Positions 29,787 through 38,457 of a stretch of 64,000 nt of DNA are shown here, one piece after another (the first letter of the stretch is position 1; each line of letters opens with the position of its first letter). Origin of the DNA: a candidate division WOR-3 bacterium (GTDB taxonomy: Bacteria; Hydrothermota; Hydrothermia; LBFQ01); the NCBI GenBank assembly GCA_015492295.1, contig WGFI01000094.1:8560-72559 (forward strand). The letters are read 5' to 3'. The position numbers and the translations under genes are program-made. The notes under the pieces are model-generated. The model worked only from the letters and a program-made list of their open reading frames with translations, did not search any database and was not told the origin of the DNA.

Positions 29787-30419
29787 ATGTCAAGTAGATT
29801 GGTAGAAATATTTGAGGATGAAAAACTCGTAGAGAAAATCAAAGATAAACTACCTTATTTGTTTCAACTTGCAGAATTGGAAAGTTCAAGAGCAGGCAAA
29901 ATTGGAATGAAAGTTGGTTCTCTTCGTGAAAAAATAGTCATTGCCTTACTTATTTACAAATTCGGAGAAGAGAATGTGGAGACGGAAATTCCAATCACAG
30001 AACCAGAGATTGATGTAAAATTATTCGGTAAACCAATATCCATTAAAACAATAACTGGTAAAAGTTTTAGCGGAGTTAAACTCATATGGACTGTTGATGC
30101 TCAGAAAGCAAGAGAATTCAGGGAGCACTACTATCCACATTGTGATATTTTACTTGTCCAAATTAATTGGGGAGATATTGGAGGGTTTTATTATATTCCA
30201 GTAGAAGCGCAACAGAAACTCTTTGATAAGATAGGTAGAAGTGGATATATTAAACTGCCAAAGCCAGGCACAAATCCAAGAGGTGTGGAAATAACTAAGG
30301 AAGCATTAAAGAGTTTGGTTAACGACAATTTAACGAGAAAAATTGAGATAAAATGGCAGAAAAGAAAAATTGAGTTTAATCCTTACAAAAGATGGGTAGA
30401 TTACTGGAGGGAGAATTGA
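29787..30419 (+). CDS. Putative type II restriction endonuclease (family not recognisable)
   Basis: 210 aa with no detectable family signature. It lies directly upstream of a DNA methyltransferase and overlaps it by 28 nt. It has a strong SD (GAGGAGG) that host genes lack, and AT-rich A/K/E-rich codon usage unlike its neighbours. A possible PD-(D/E)xK-like segment is TEPEIDVKL. The assignment rests on context. Confidence 0.45.
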   Translation: MSSRLVEIFEDEKLVEKIKDKLPYLFQLAELESSRAGKIGMKVGSLREKIVIALLIYKFGEENVETEIPITEPEIDVKLFGKPISIKTITGKSFSGVKLIWTVDAQKAREFREHYYPHCDILLVQINWGDIGGFYYIPVEAQQKLFDKIGRSGYIKLPKPGTNPRGVEITKEALKSLVNDNLTRKIEIKWQKRKIEFNPYKRWVDYWREN

Positions 30420-31354
30420 GAATGAAAAGAAGAAGGAGAAGGAAAGGGACTAGAACGAGTTCGTTTGGGGCACCGGGTAGAATAAATCACGACTCTACTC
30501 CGTTTTATACGAGTAAGTTATATGAGGGCTTGCCAAAGGAACAAGAGATGAACTATGTGGAAAATCCGATACCTAAGGGATTTTTAAACAAAATTTTCTG
30601 TAAATCCTCGGAAAATATGGAAGAATTACCCGATAGCAGCGTTCATTTGGTGGTAACCTCTCCACCTTATAATGTAGGGAAAGAGTACGATAAGGATCTT
30701 ACCCTTCAAGAGTATCTTGAATTTTTAAAGAGGGTTTGGAGGGAGGTTTATAGGGTTCTGGTTCCGGGTGGTAGGGTATGTATCAACATAGCCAATCTTG
30801 GAAGAAGGCCGTACATTCCTCTTCATGCTTTTATCATAAAGGATATGCTTGACATAGGATTTCTTATGAGAGGGGAGATTATCTGGAATAAATCATCCTC
30901 CGCAGGTTCATCAACGGCGTGGGGTAGCTGGTGCTCAGCATCAAATCCGACATTAAGGGACATTCATGAGTATATTCTGGTATTTTCAAAAGGGACATTC
31001 AAAAGGGAAAACATTGGGAGGAGAAGCACCATTTCAAAGGAGGAGTTTCTGGAATTCACGAAAAGCGTCTGGACATTTCCAGCCGTTTCCGCAAAGGAGG
31101 TGGGACATCCTGCCCCATTCCCCCTTGAACTTCCTTATAGATGCATTCAACTTTATACCTATGAAGGCGAAGTCGTTTTGGATCCTTTTATGGGGAGTGG
31201 GCAAACCGCCATCGCCGCAATAAAAACCCGAAGATTTTATGTTGGGTATGATATAGAGGAGGAATATGTTAAATTGGCGGAAAGAAGGATAAAAGCATTT
31301 TTGATAGAATATAAATCACCCAAATTGTTTGAATTTACGGGAGAAAGTAAATGA
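30392..31354 (+). CDS. DNA methyltransferase, beta-class amino-MTase (N4-cytosine or N6-adenine; the SPPY motif favours m4C)
   Basis: 320 aa. Motif IV is VVTSPPYNVG, and motif I (FxGxG, DPFMGSGQTAIAA) lies at the C-terminus, giving the beta-class order. The true start may be the internal ATG at about 30422 or 30554 (MNYVEN...). The listed N-terminus is an Arg/Lys-rich tail. Confidence 0.8.
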   Translation: MGRLLEGELRMKRRRRRKGTRTSSFGAPGRINHDSTPFYTSKLYEGLPKEQEMNYVENPIPKGFLNKIFCKSSENMEELPDSSVHLVVTSPPYNVGKEYDKDLTLQEYLEFLKRVWREVYRVLVPGGRVCINIANLGRRPYIPLHAFIIKDMLDIGFLMRGEIIWNKSSSAGSSTAWGSWCSASNPTLRDIHEYILVFSKGTFKRENIGRRSTISKEEFLEFTKSVWTFPAVSAKEVGHPAPFPLELPYRCIQLYTYEGEVVLDPFMGSGQTAIAAIKTRRFYVGYDIEEEYVKLAERRIKAFLIEYKSPKLFEFTGESK

Positions 31355-31490
31355 TTTGCAAAACGGCGTATAACAAGCGGGTATCTGGCTTCGGGTTTTG
31401 TAGACCCTTCGCCCAAATTTGCTCCGCTCCGCAAATTTCAAATACCCGCAAGTCGTTGTCTGCTATTGCAGGATATGGAGGTTAATTTAA

Positions 31491-31748
31491 ATGGAAGAAA
31501 GCACCTTAATTAATGTAATGATAGATCCATCGCTAGTTGTGGTGGAAAGCACAATGGATAAAACTTTTGATCTGATAAAAGAATATCATAAAACTCAAAA
31601 TTTCAAATTTTATCTTCCTAAAACTTTTCAATCACTCGCTGTTGAAGATAAGTTGCATCAGGAAAGTTTGACTTTCAAATTTTTTCAGCAAAGCGCATAT
31701 CCCACAGAGATTACAATTGTAAAGACACTAATATCTGATCTGATATAA
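31491..31748 (+). CDS. Hypothetical small protein in AT-rich island (possibly the 5' half of a frameshifted gene)
   Basis: 85 aa ORF in an AT-rich, low-coding region after the MTase. An adjacent frame stays open from about 31746 to 32038, so one indel could fuse the two ORFs into a protein of about 180 aa. Confidence 0.25.
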   Translation: MEESTLINVMIDPSLVVVESTMDKTFDLIKEYHKTQNFKFYLPKTFQSLAVEDKLHQESLTFKFFQQSAYPTEITIVKTLISDLI

Positions 31749-31822
31749 TTGCAACTTTTAAATTTACTTCTAAACATATTCTAATACATAAAGAGAAATA
31801 TGGGGAATTTTTTGAATCGCTT

Positions 31823-32038
31823 TTGGAAGAATCCCGTTTTTGGAGAGAATATTTGGATGAACGTACTTTGAATATTCTCTTTGAGGAATGGGTATTTTTA
31901 CAAGAACATTCTATGATAGTATCTCGGATCAGAACATTTAATAAATTTATAGATGCCGGGGCAGTTTGTCTTCAATTTGGTAGGAAGACTTTTGAAATAT
32001 TGGTAAGAAAAACATTAAAAAAAGAGATGACGAGTTGA
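31823..32038 (+). CDS. Hypothetical small protein (possibly the 3' half of a frameshifted gene)
   Basis: 71 aa ORF. The frame is open upstream to about 31746 without a canonical start. Confidence 0.2.
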   Translation: MEESRFWREYLDERTLNILFEEWVFLQEHSMIVSRIRTFNKFIDAGAVCLQFGRKTFEILVRKTLKKEMTS

Positions 32039-32555
32039 TTACTAATGTGGATAAGCTAAGAGCTTTTGGGAAATGGATTGCGGTAGGAGGACCTGCTACT
32101 TTGTCATTTTTTAACCCAACGATTTCGGCTTTTGGGAGCTTAATAGGTGGATATTTTTTGCTATTTGATCCCGCTGCAACGACAGATAGCAGGCATCTTC
32201 GGTGAAGTTTCGCATACCCGCCCACCGTTATACCTAAGATTTTTTACCTCCTGCCACTATTTATATGAACTCACATAGTTCTTTATACCCACCCATACGT
32301 ATGATATTCTTCTTCTCATCCCATTCATGGAATACCCTATTATCGGTATTACATTGACAGGATAATAACCTTTTTTCACTTATCCCGTATGATACCTCAT
32401 TCACGCAATACCCACCATTGATTAGCAATTTTCACAGCTTCTCAGAATACCTATAAGAGATTGAAACGATAAATTTGCATATAAATTTTAAAACAGTTCA
32501 GGAAAGTTTATAGCCTGCATATGAAATAAGATTTTTCAAGTGTATAATACCTACT

Positions 32556-33320
32556 ATGGGAACCGTTAAATTGGATATAAAAGGTGAAGTCGCCAATATA
32601 ATACTGAATCGTCCTGAGGTTGGTAATGCTTTCAATAGGGATATGCTTATGGAATTGAAAGATATATGTGAAGACATTTCCAAATCTGAGAATCTCAGGG
32701 TTGTTATAATTTCAGGGGAGGGAAAACATTTTTGCGCCGGTGGGGATCTCAACTGGATGAGAGATATGGGGAAATCCGAATATTCTATAAACTATGATGA
32801 TGCGCAGCTTCTATACGATACATACCTATCCCTTGAAAATCTCCCTGTCCCTTTGATATCCAAGGTGAAAGGTGCGGTTAGAGGAGGTGGTATGGGTATA
32901 GTTAGCGTAAGCGACATAGTCATATCTTCAAATAAAGCCACCTTTTCGTTCTCAGAGGTAAAACTGGGACTTGTTCCTTCAATAGTCTCATCGTTTGCAT
33001 TACTTAGGCTATCCTATTCCATGGCCAAGAGGTTATTCCTAACCGGTGAGGTGTTTGACGCGGAGTTCGCGAGGAGCATAAACTTTGTGGATGAAGTCGT
33101 TGATGAGGGGGATCTGGATAAAAAAGTTCAAGAGTTCGTTGAGATTATACTCTCCAACAAACCCGAGGCTGTGAGGAAAACAAAAAATCTTATGAAGATA
33201 TATAGGGGTTTTCAGGGAAGCGTTTATAAAGATATAACCTCGCATATTTTGGCAACCACACGGATGAGCAAGGAAGCCTTAGATGGTATAGAGGAATTTC
33301 TACAAAGGAAAAGAAAGTGA
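32556..33320 (+). CDS. Enoyl-CoA hydratase/isomerase (crotonase family)
   Basis: 254 aa. The sequence is VANIILNRPEVGNAFNRDM...FCAGGDLNWM...GGGMGIV, giving the oxyanion-hole motifs. Confidence 0.85.
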   Translation: MGTVKLDIKGEVANIILNRPEVGNAFNRDMLMELKDICEDISKSENLRVVIISGEGKHFCAGGDLNWMRDMGKSEYSINYDDAQLLYDTYLSLENLPVPLISKVKGAVRGGGMGIVSVSDIVISSNKATFSFSEVKLGLVPSIVSSFALLRLSYSMAKRLFLTGEVFDAEFARSINFVDEVVDEGDLDKKVQEFVEIILSNKPEAVRKTKNLMKIYRGFQGSVYKDITSHILATTRMSKEALDGIEEFLQRKRK

Positions 33321-33347
33321 TTCTCAACCTTATAATACCCTACTCCT

Positions 33348-34478
33348 ATGTTGCCCATATCTTTCATAGGCATTGATACCGTGCTCCTTGATAAAGCCGA
33401 TAATAATGTCGTAATAAGATGGATATACAGTGGTGAGATAAAGCCGGATTCTATATATATTTTCAAATCAACGAAAGAACATCCGCCTGAGACTCCGATG
33501 ATCATAGGCAGGGTTTCCTATCCTGAGACCCTTTTCGTGGATACATCACGAGTTCAAGGAGAATATCTGCTTAGAATATTCTACGGAGAGGATAAGTTTG
33601 ATACGGGTTGGCTAACTTTATCATCTCCTGATCCAAAAAAGGAGCAAACGGAGGATGAGAAAAAGAAGGGAATTATAAAGTTTGATAGTGGCAAACTTAA
33701 TATACTCATCGCCATTATTTTGTTTGCATCGTTATTCTCGGCCCTTCTCTTTATAGCGAGGGTTAATCCCAACATTTATATAAGAAGGATAGGTGGGCTT
33801 GATGCTATTGATGATGCCGTAGGTAGAACGGCCGAACTTGGAAAACCTATAATATACACCACGGGGATAGGGAGTATAGATTCCCTTCCTATACTCGCTG
33901 GACTTACGGTTTTAAAGCATGTAACTAAGAAATCCGCACTTTACGAAGTTCCCGTTGTTATGCCCAATAACGATCCCTTGGTTCTTGCCGCCGCTCGTGA
34001 AGTTGTAAGGGAAGCATATATTGAAAGTGGAAGGCCGGATCTGTACAATGAGAATGATATATTTTTCTTAACCACGGAGCAGTTCGGATTCGCTTCTGGT
34101 ATAAGCGGTATGATGCAGAGGATGAAACCGGGAGCGGTATTTATGATGGGATACTTCTACGCTGAATCCTTGATATTGGCGGAGAATGCTAATGTAAGTG
34201 GAGCCATTTCAACCGCTGGTACCACGGCCATTGATCAGCTTCCTTTTTTCGTCGCAGCTTGTGATTATACCATAATAGGAGATGAGCTTTACGCCGCTTC
34301 TGCTTATATATCTCGTAATCCGCTTGAAGTCGCCAGCATAAAAACGGGGGATTGGTTTAAGGCTTTAAGTGTGGCCTTTATTCTCATAGGCTCATTACTG
34401 GCTACGATGATACTATTCAACGAGAATTTGAAGTTCCTACTTGATAGTTTGATGGTTATGTTTAAAACAGGAGGATAA
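33348..34478 (+). CDS. Hypothetical membrane protein (N-terminal soluble domain, TM helix, conserved-looking C-terminal domain, C-terminal TM)
   Basis: 376 aa. It has a beta-rich N-terminal domain of about 100 aa, a Lys/Glu linker, a TM helix (ILIAIILFASLFSALLFIA), a roughly 200-aa domain (GGLDAIDDAVGRTAELGKPIIYTTGIGS...GISGMMQRMKPGAVFMMGYFY...) and a final TM. No family is recognised. Confidence 0.45.
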   Translation: MLPISFIGIDTVLLDKADNNVVIRWIYSGEIKPDSIYIFKSTKEHPPETPMIIGRVSYPETLFVDTSRVQGEYLLRIFYGEDKFDTGWLTLSSPDPKKEQTEDEKKKGIIKFDSGKLNILIAIILFASLFSALLFIARVNPNIYIRRIGGLDAIDDAVGRTAELGKPIIYTTGIGSIDSLPILAGLTVLKHVTKKSALYEVPVVMPNNDPLVLAAAREVVREAYIESGRPDLYNENDIFFLTTEQFGFASGISGMMQRMKPGAVFMMGYFYAESLILAENANVSGAISTAGTTAIDQLPFFVAACDYTIIGDELYAASAYISRNPLEVASIKTGDWFKALSVAFILIGSLLATMILFNENLKFLLDSLMVMFKTGG

Positions 34479-34480
34479 AA

Positions 34481-35266
34481 ATGCAAAGGCAGGGTCCCAT
34501 AGCCGTTGTCGTTCTTTCCGCTTTATTTTCAACCGTTACTTTCTTTTTAAAAGGTGCCGATGAGATACAGACATACGGGATACTCATAGCGATAGTGATC
34601 TCGGGATTCGCTTTGATTCTGGGTGTTGATAGTTTGATCCTTTATCACACGAGAAACATTCAAAGAGGTAAAAATTCTCTTTTCAGCGGGATTCTTCTTA
34701 TAAGCTTCTGGACAACCGTTATATGGGGTATATTCGCCTGGTATAGATACGGTTCTCCGTTCGCTCAGAACTCATCCTTCATGTGGTTATTCATAAATGT
34801 CTATCTTCCTCTTGACGCCACCATGTTTTCAATTCTCGCCTTCTACATAGCTTCGGCCGCATATAGAGCCTTCCGAGCGAGAAATACGAATGCACTGGTT
34901 CTTTTATTGACCGCCTCAATAATTATGATAGGAAGGGTATTGTACTCAAACATCGTATTCCCCTTAGGATTAAGTATATTTTTATTCATTTCAGGTTTTT
35001 GGATATTCAAAAATGTGGGTAGGCTTTACGGTGCGGAGTTGATTTTCAGAAGATTTCTGGGTGCATTCCTTATGGCTGGGGCGCTTGTCGTTTTGGTACC
35101 TTCAATATTTAGTTTTATAGGCAGTAAAGCGTCTTTTCTAACAGATTGGATATTAAGCATACCTCAGAATGCTGCTAAGAGGGGGATGATTCTTGGTTTG
35201 AGCTTTGGTCAGGTGGCGTTCGCTTTAAGGATAATGTTCGGTATAGAAAGGTCGTGGATAAGGTAA
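34481..35266 (+). CDS. Hypothetical polytopic membrane protein
   Basis: 261 aa with 7-8 predicted TM helices. The ATG is 3 nt after the upstream stop, with an SD (GGAGGA). No family is recognised. Confidence 0.45.
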   Translation: MQRQGPIAVVVLSALFSTVTFFLKGADEIQTYGILIAIVISGFALILGVDSLILYHTRNIQRGKNSLFSGILLISFWTTVIWGIFAWYRYGSPFAQNSSFMWLFINVYLPLDATMFSILAFYIASAAYRAFRARNTNALVLLLTASIIMIGRVLYSNIVFPLGLSIFLFISGFWIFKNVGRLYGAELIFRRFLGAFLMAGALVVLVPSIFSFIGSKASFLTDWILSIPQNAAKRGMILGLSFGQVAFALRIMFGIERSWIR

Positions 35267-35282
35267 TTAAGAACCCTTTCGG

Positions 35283-35293
35283 CCTTAGAATAC
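35283..35293 (+). promoter_or_regulatory. CCTTAGAATAC promoter-like element (duplicated again at 35909..35919)
   Basis: It lies 4 nt upstream of the ATG of each tandem coiled-coil gene and is part of the duplicated unit. Confidence 0.45.
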
Positions 35294-35297
35294 GGAT

Positions 35298-35897
35298 ATG
35301 AGGCAAAGCACAGCTGAATTGTTCTTAAAGCTAAGGGAAAAGCTTGGAGAGGACACTGCGAAGGTCTTGACTGACTACCTTGAAGATGTTAAGGAGGATT
35401 TAACGAGTAAGTTTCTAACCAAGGATGAGGCCATACAGTTGTTTGAGACTTTAAAGGCCGAAATAAGAGCTAATAGGAGAGAGTATATCCAGATGTTTAA
35501 AGCATTGAAAGCGGAGATAAAAGCGCTTGACGAGAAGATGGATGCAAAATACTCGGCGCTTGAAGAAAAGATAAATGCGGTTGAGAAGGAGGTAAAAGCC
35601 CTTGAAGAGAAGATGGACGCCAAGTATTCCTATCTTGAAGGCTTGATACACTCCTTGGAGGAAAAGATGGACGCTAAATACTCAGCACTTGAAGATAGGA
35701 TAAAATCTGTCGAGACGGAAATTAAGGCACTTGACGAGAAGATGAACGAGAGGTATCAAAGGCTTGAGGAGAAGTTTGACCACAAGATAGACAGGACGAA
35801 CCTGTTGTTGATCTTCTTAATAATCCTAACAATCCTCGGCACAACTCTGTTCAACCCTAACTTTATAAACATAATGAAGATGCTTTTGGGACGATAG
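35298..35897 (+). CDS. Tail-anchored coiled-coil repeat protein, copy 1
   Basis: 199 aa. A helical N-terminus is followed by four or more roughly 25-aa repeats (KALDEKMDAKYSALEEKINAVEKEV / KALEEKMDAKYSYLEGLI...) and a single C-terminal TM (LLLIFLIILTILGTTLF). CCTTAGAATAC lies 5 nt upstream of the ATG. Confidence 0.6.
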   Translation: MRQSTAELFLKLREKLGEDTAKVLTDYLEDVKEDLTSKFLTKDEAIQLFETLKAEIRANRREYIQMFKALKAEIKALDEKMDAKYSALEEKINAVEKEVKALEEKMDAKYSYLEGLIHSLEEKMDAKYSALEDRIKSVETEIKALDEKMNERYQRLEEKFDHKIDRTNLLLIFLIILTILGTTLFNPNFINIMKMLLGR

Positions 35898-35923
35898 AAC
35901 CCTTTCAGCCTTAGAATACGGAT

Positions 35924-36448
35924 ATGAGACAAAGCACAGCTGAACTTTTCTTGAAGCTAAGGGAAAAGCTTGGAGAAGACACTGCGAAGGTTCTAACCGA
36001 TTACCTTGAAGATGTTAAGGAGGATCTAACGAGTAAGTTTCTAACGAAGGATGAGGCTATACAGCTGTTTGAGACCTTGAAGGCAGAGATCAGGGCTAAT
36101 AGGAGAGAGTATATCCAGATGTTTAAAGCATTGAAAACGGAGATAAATGCTCTTGAGGAGAAAGTGGATGCCAAATACTCAGTGCTTGAAGAAAAGATAA
36201 ATGCGGTTGAGAAAGAGGTAAGAGCCCTTGAAGAGAAGATGGATGCTAAGTATTCCTATCTTGAGGGATTAATAAATGCTTTAAGGAACGAGATGAATGA
36301 GAGGTATCAGAGACTTGAGGAGAAGTTTGACCACAAGATAGATAGGACGAACTTATTGCTGATCTTCCTGATAATCCTAACAATCCTCGGCACAACTTTG
36401 TTCAATCCTAACTTTATAAACATAATGAAGATGCTTTTGGGTATGTAG
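35924..36448 (+). CDS. Tail-anchored coiled-coil repeat protein, copy 2 (tandem paralog, one repeat unit shorter)
   Basis: 174 aa. It is near-identical to copy 1 over the N-terminal 70 aa and the C-terminal TM. The duplicated DNA unit includes the upstream CCTTAGAATAC element. Confidence 0.6.
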   Translation: MRQSTAELFLKLREKLGEDTAKVLTDYLEDVKEDLTSKFLTKDEAIQLFETLKAEIRANRREYIQMFKALKTEINALEEKVDAKYSVLEEKINAVEKEVRALEEKMDAKYSYLEGLINALRNEMNERYQRLEEKFDHKIDRTNLLLIFLIILTILGTTLFNPNFINIMKMLLGM

Positions 36449-36454
36449 GGCCTT

Positions 36455-37585
36455 TTATTCCAACACTTTTAAAATCTTCTCATATCTTTTTAATGCTTCG
36501 GATGGTTCTAATATGCCTTTCAATACGGGTTCCATAACCTCGGTGGCAAAATATCTTCTACCTCTCATCCAAATTTCCGTATTGGGTTCATAGGTGGCCC
36601 TATCTATCTGTTTAAATACGGGTTTCAATTCCTCCGATGAAAGGTTTATATCGGTTATGGGTGAATATCCTGTCCTCTCCGACCAGAACTTTTGAATACT
36701 ATCCTGTAAGAAAAATGCGATGAATCTCACAACTTCCCTGTACTCATTCTCGCTATGTCCCGTAAATATAGTTAAATTCGTTCCAGAGATAACTACGGAA
36801 TCGTATCTATCCACCGGTATGGGAGAGACGCCGAGTTTGAAAGATATTTTCGGTTTCATAAATACATAGGACACCGATGTGGCCCATATCATTAGGACCT
36901 TTCCGGAGGCAAAATCGTCCTGATGGCTGTACCCTGATCCCAGGTACGCGCAAGAATCCTCCAATATCAGTCTCCTTAAAAACTCCAAAGTTTCCAATCC
37001 TTCCTTACTGTTAAATTTCAAATCCTTCCCCCCCTTCTGTTTGAATATGGTGTAATATATCCAAGGGTCAATTGTAAAAGCAAATCCCCATATACCTTTC
37101 TCCTTCGCTTTTTTACATACATATTCCAACTCATCCCATGTCTTAGGGACATTCAATGAGTATCTTTCCATCAGATCCGCATTGTAAAATATCACGGGAA
37201 CGCTTTTGTTAAAGGGAATTGATACAACCTTCCCATCTATTTTAACTTCTTGTAATAGTCTCGGGTGAATTTTCCTAAGGAGACTTTCGGGCACGACCTT
37301 GTACGCCGGCATTACGAGATTCTTCTTAAAGAATTGTCGTGTCCAAGAGGGGAAAGTTTGGGCTATTAAAGGCAATCTTTTTGATACGGCGAAAGATATC
37401 AACCTCTGTGATAGAGTATTATAGCTTCCAAGATTCACTTCCTTTAAACCGCTCCTTGAAACTATCTCGGATAAAGCATCTCCCAATGGTCCCCCCATAG
37501 CATGCCAAAATTGGTAAGATGTTGAGGGCTGTTTGCACTGGGAGATGAATAAAATCATTAAACATGGATTTATCAATCGTTTCAT
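36455..37585 (-). CDS. ABC transporter substrate-binding protein (family 1, carbohydrate-type)
   Basis: The listed ORF extends to 37669, but the likely start is MKRLINPCLMILFISQC (signal/lipoprotein-like) at about 37585. The mature N-terminus (YQFWHAMGGPLGDALSEIV) and overall composition match sugar SBPs. No cognate permease or ATPase is adjacent. Confidence 0.55.
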   Translation of the reverse strand: MKRLINPCLMILFISQCKQPSTSYQFWHAMGGPLGDALSEIVSRSGLKEVNLGSYNTLSQRLISFAVSKRLPLIAQTFPSWTRQFFKKNLVMPAYKVVPESLLRKIHPRLLQEVKIDGKVVSIPFNKSVPVIFYNADLMERYSLNVPKTWDELEYVCKKAKEKGIWGFAFTIDPWIYYTIFKQKGGKDLKFNSKEGLETLEFLRRLILEDSCAYLGSGYSHQDDFASGKVLMIWATSVSYVFMKPKISFKLGVSPIPVDRYDSVVISGTNLTIFTGHSENEYREVVRFIAFFLQDSIQKFWSERTGYSPITDINLSSEELKPVFKQIDRATYEPNTEIWMRGRRYFATEVMEPVLKGILEPSEALKRYEKILKVLE

Positions 37586-37714
37586 CCCGAGATTATACCG
37601 ATGAACATAAACCTCATAAAAGCGCACAGTGAGGAAGCGGTCCGAGTTTGGGAAACAGGATATATTCATAAGGTTATATCTTTACTATAATATCACCATT
37701 ATAATTTTCACCTT

Positions 37715-38443
37715 ATGGTTGGGCTGCACCTAGTTATAGCATTTGATATTTTTAAGACGAAATGGGTGGGTATGGGTGTTCAGAGTTTCATTCCGACGGG
37801 TTCAGCCTGTATAACCCAAATATTGACCTCTGGGCCTGACAGCTTGGGATATGTTTATCTCATAGGTGTGGCGAGCAATAGCGAGACCCAAGCGTTTTTC
37901 CGAACGAGATGGAAAGGGACATTCGTTCAATCATTCTCACCAACATCGGGTTGTTTGAGGGGATTCTTAGCCGAAAGCGATACCCTCGGATACATATACC
38001 TCAAAGCATTCACGGATAGCGATACGGGTTATATATTGAAATCAGCGTATGTAGGAACCTATGTTCAGAGTTTTGATGCTTCACCCTGTTATATAAGGGG
38101 TTTTTCAGCGAAAAGCGATACGGGTGGATTTGCAGTTTTATCGGCCGATACTATATGCGGAATAGTGTCCTACTCCGAGGACTTCACACCTATAAATTCA
38201 CTTAAAATACTGTCAATAAATAACGATAGAAGGGGTGTCCTGATAAAATACACCGTTCCGAGATATGGGAGGGTAGTCCTCTCAATTTATACACCATCGG
38301 GAAGAAAAATCTATCAAAGAGTTTCTACGAGACATGTCGGAATATATCGGGAGAGGGTAGAGCTGCCGTCGGGAGTATATATTATATCGCTTAAAGAGGG
38401 TAAGGACAAGGTTATACAAAAGTTTGTAAGGCTTGGAAAATAA
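37715..38443 (+). CDS. Secreted repeat protein with T9SS-type C-terminal domain
   Basis: 242 aa. It has three roughly 45-aa repeats centred on G(T/M)(F/Y)VQSF. The C-terminus (LSIYTPSGRKIYQRVSTRHVGIYRERVELPSGVYIISLKEGKDKVIQKFVRLGK) matches the Por secretion tail. Confidence 0.5.
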   Translation: MVGLHLVIAFDIFKTKWVGMGVQSFIPTGSACITQILTSGPDSLGYVYLIGVASNSETQAFFRTRWKGTFVQSFSPTSGCLRGFLAESDTLGYIYLKAFTDSDTGYILKSAYVGTYVQSFDASPCYIRGFSAKSDTGGFAVLSADTICGIVSYSEDFTPINSLKILSINNDRRGVLIKYTVPRYGRVVLSIYTPSGRKIYQRVSTRHVGIYRERVELPSGVYIISLKEGKDKVIQKFVRLGK

Positions 38444-38457
38444 AAGGAGGTGGAACC

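Larger units (their letters stand above)
35272..36448 (+). repeat. Tandem direct duplication (626-nt unit, then a 551-nt unit) carrying promoter and coiled-coil gene
   Basis: Unit 1 (35272-35897) and unit 2 (35898-36448) share about 90 % nucleotide identity. Unit 2 lacks one 75-nt internal repeat. Confidence 0.7.

Noticed and set aside
35375-35651. Minus-strand ORFs inside the coiled-coil gene
   Set aside because: They mirror the sense-strand repeats and are artefacts of the repetitive Glu/Lys-rich coding sequence.
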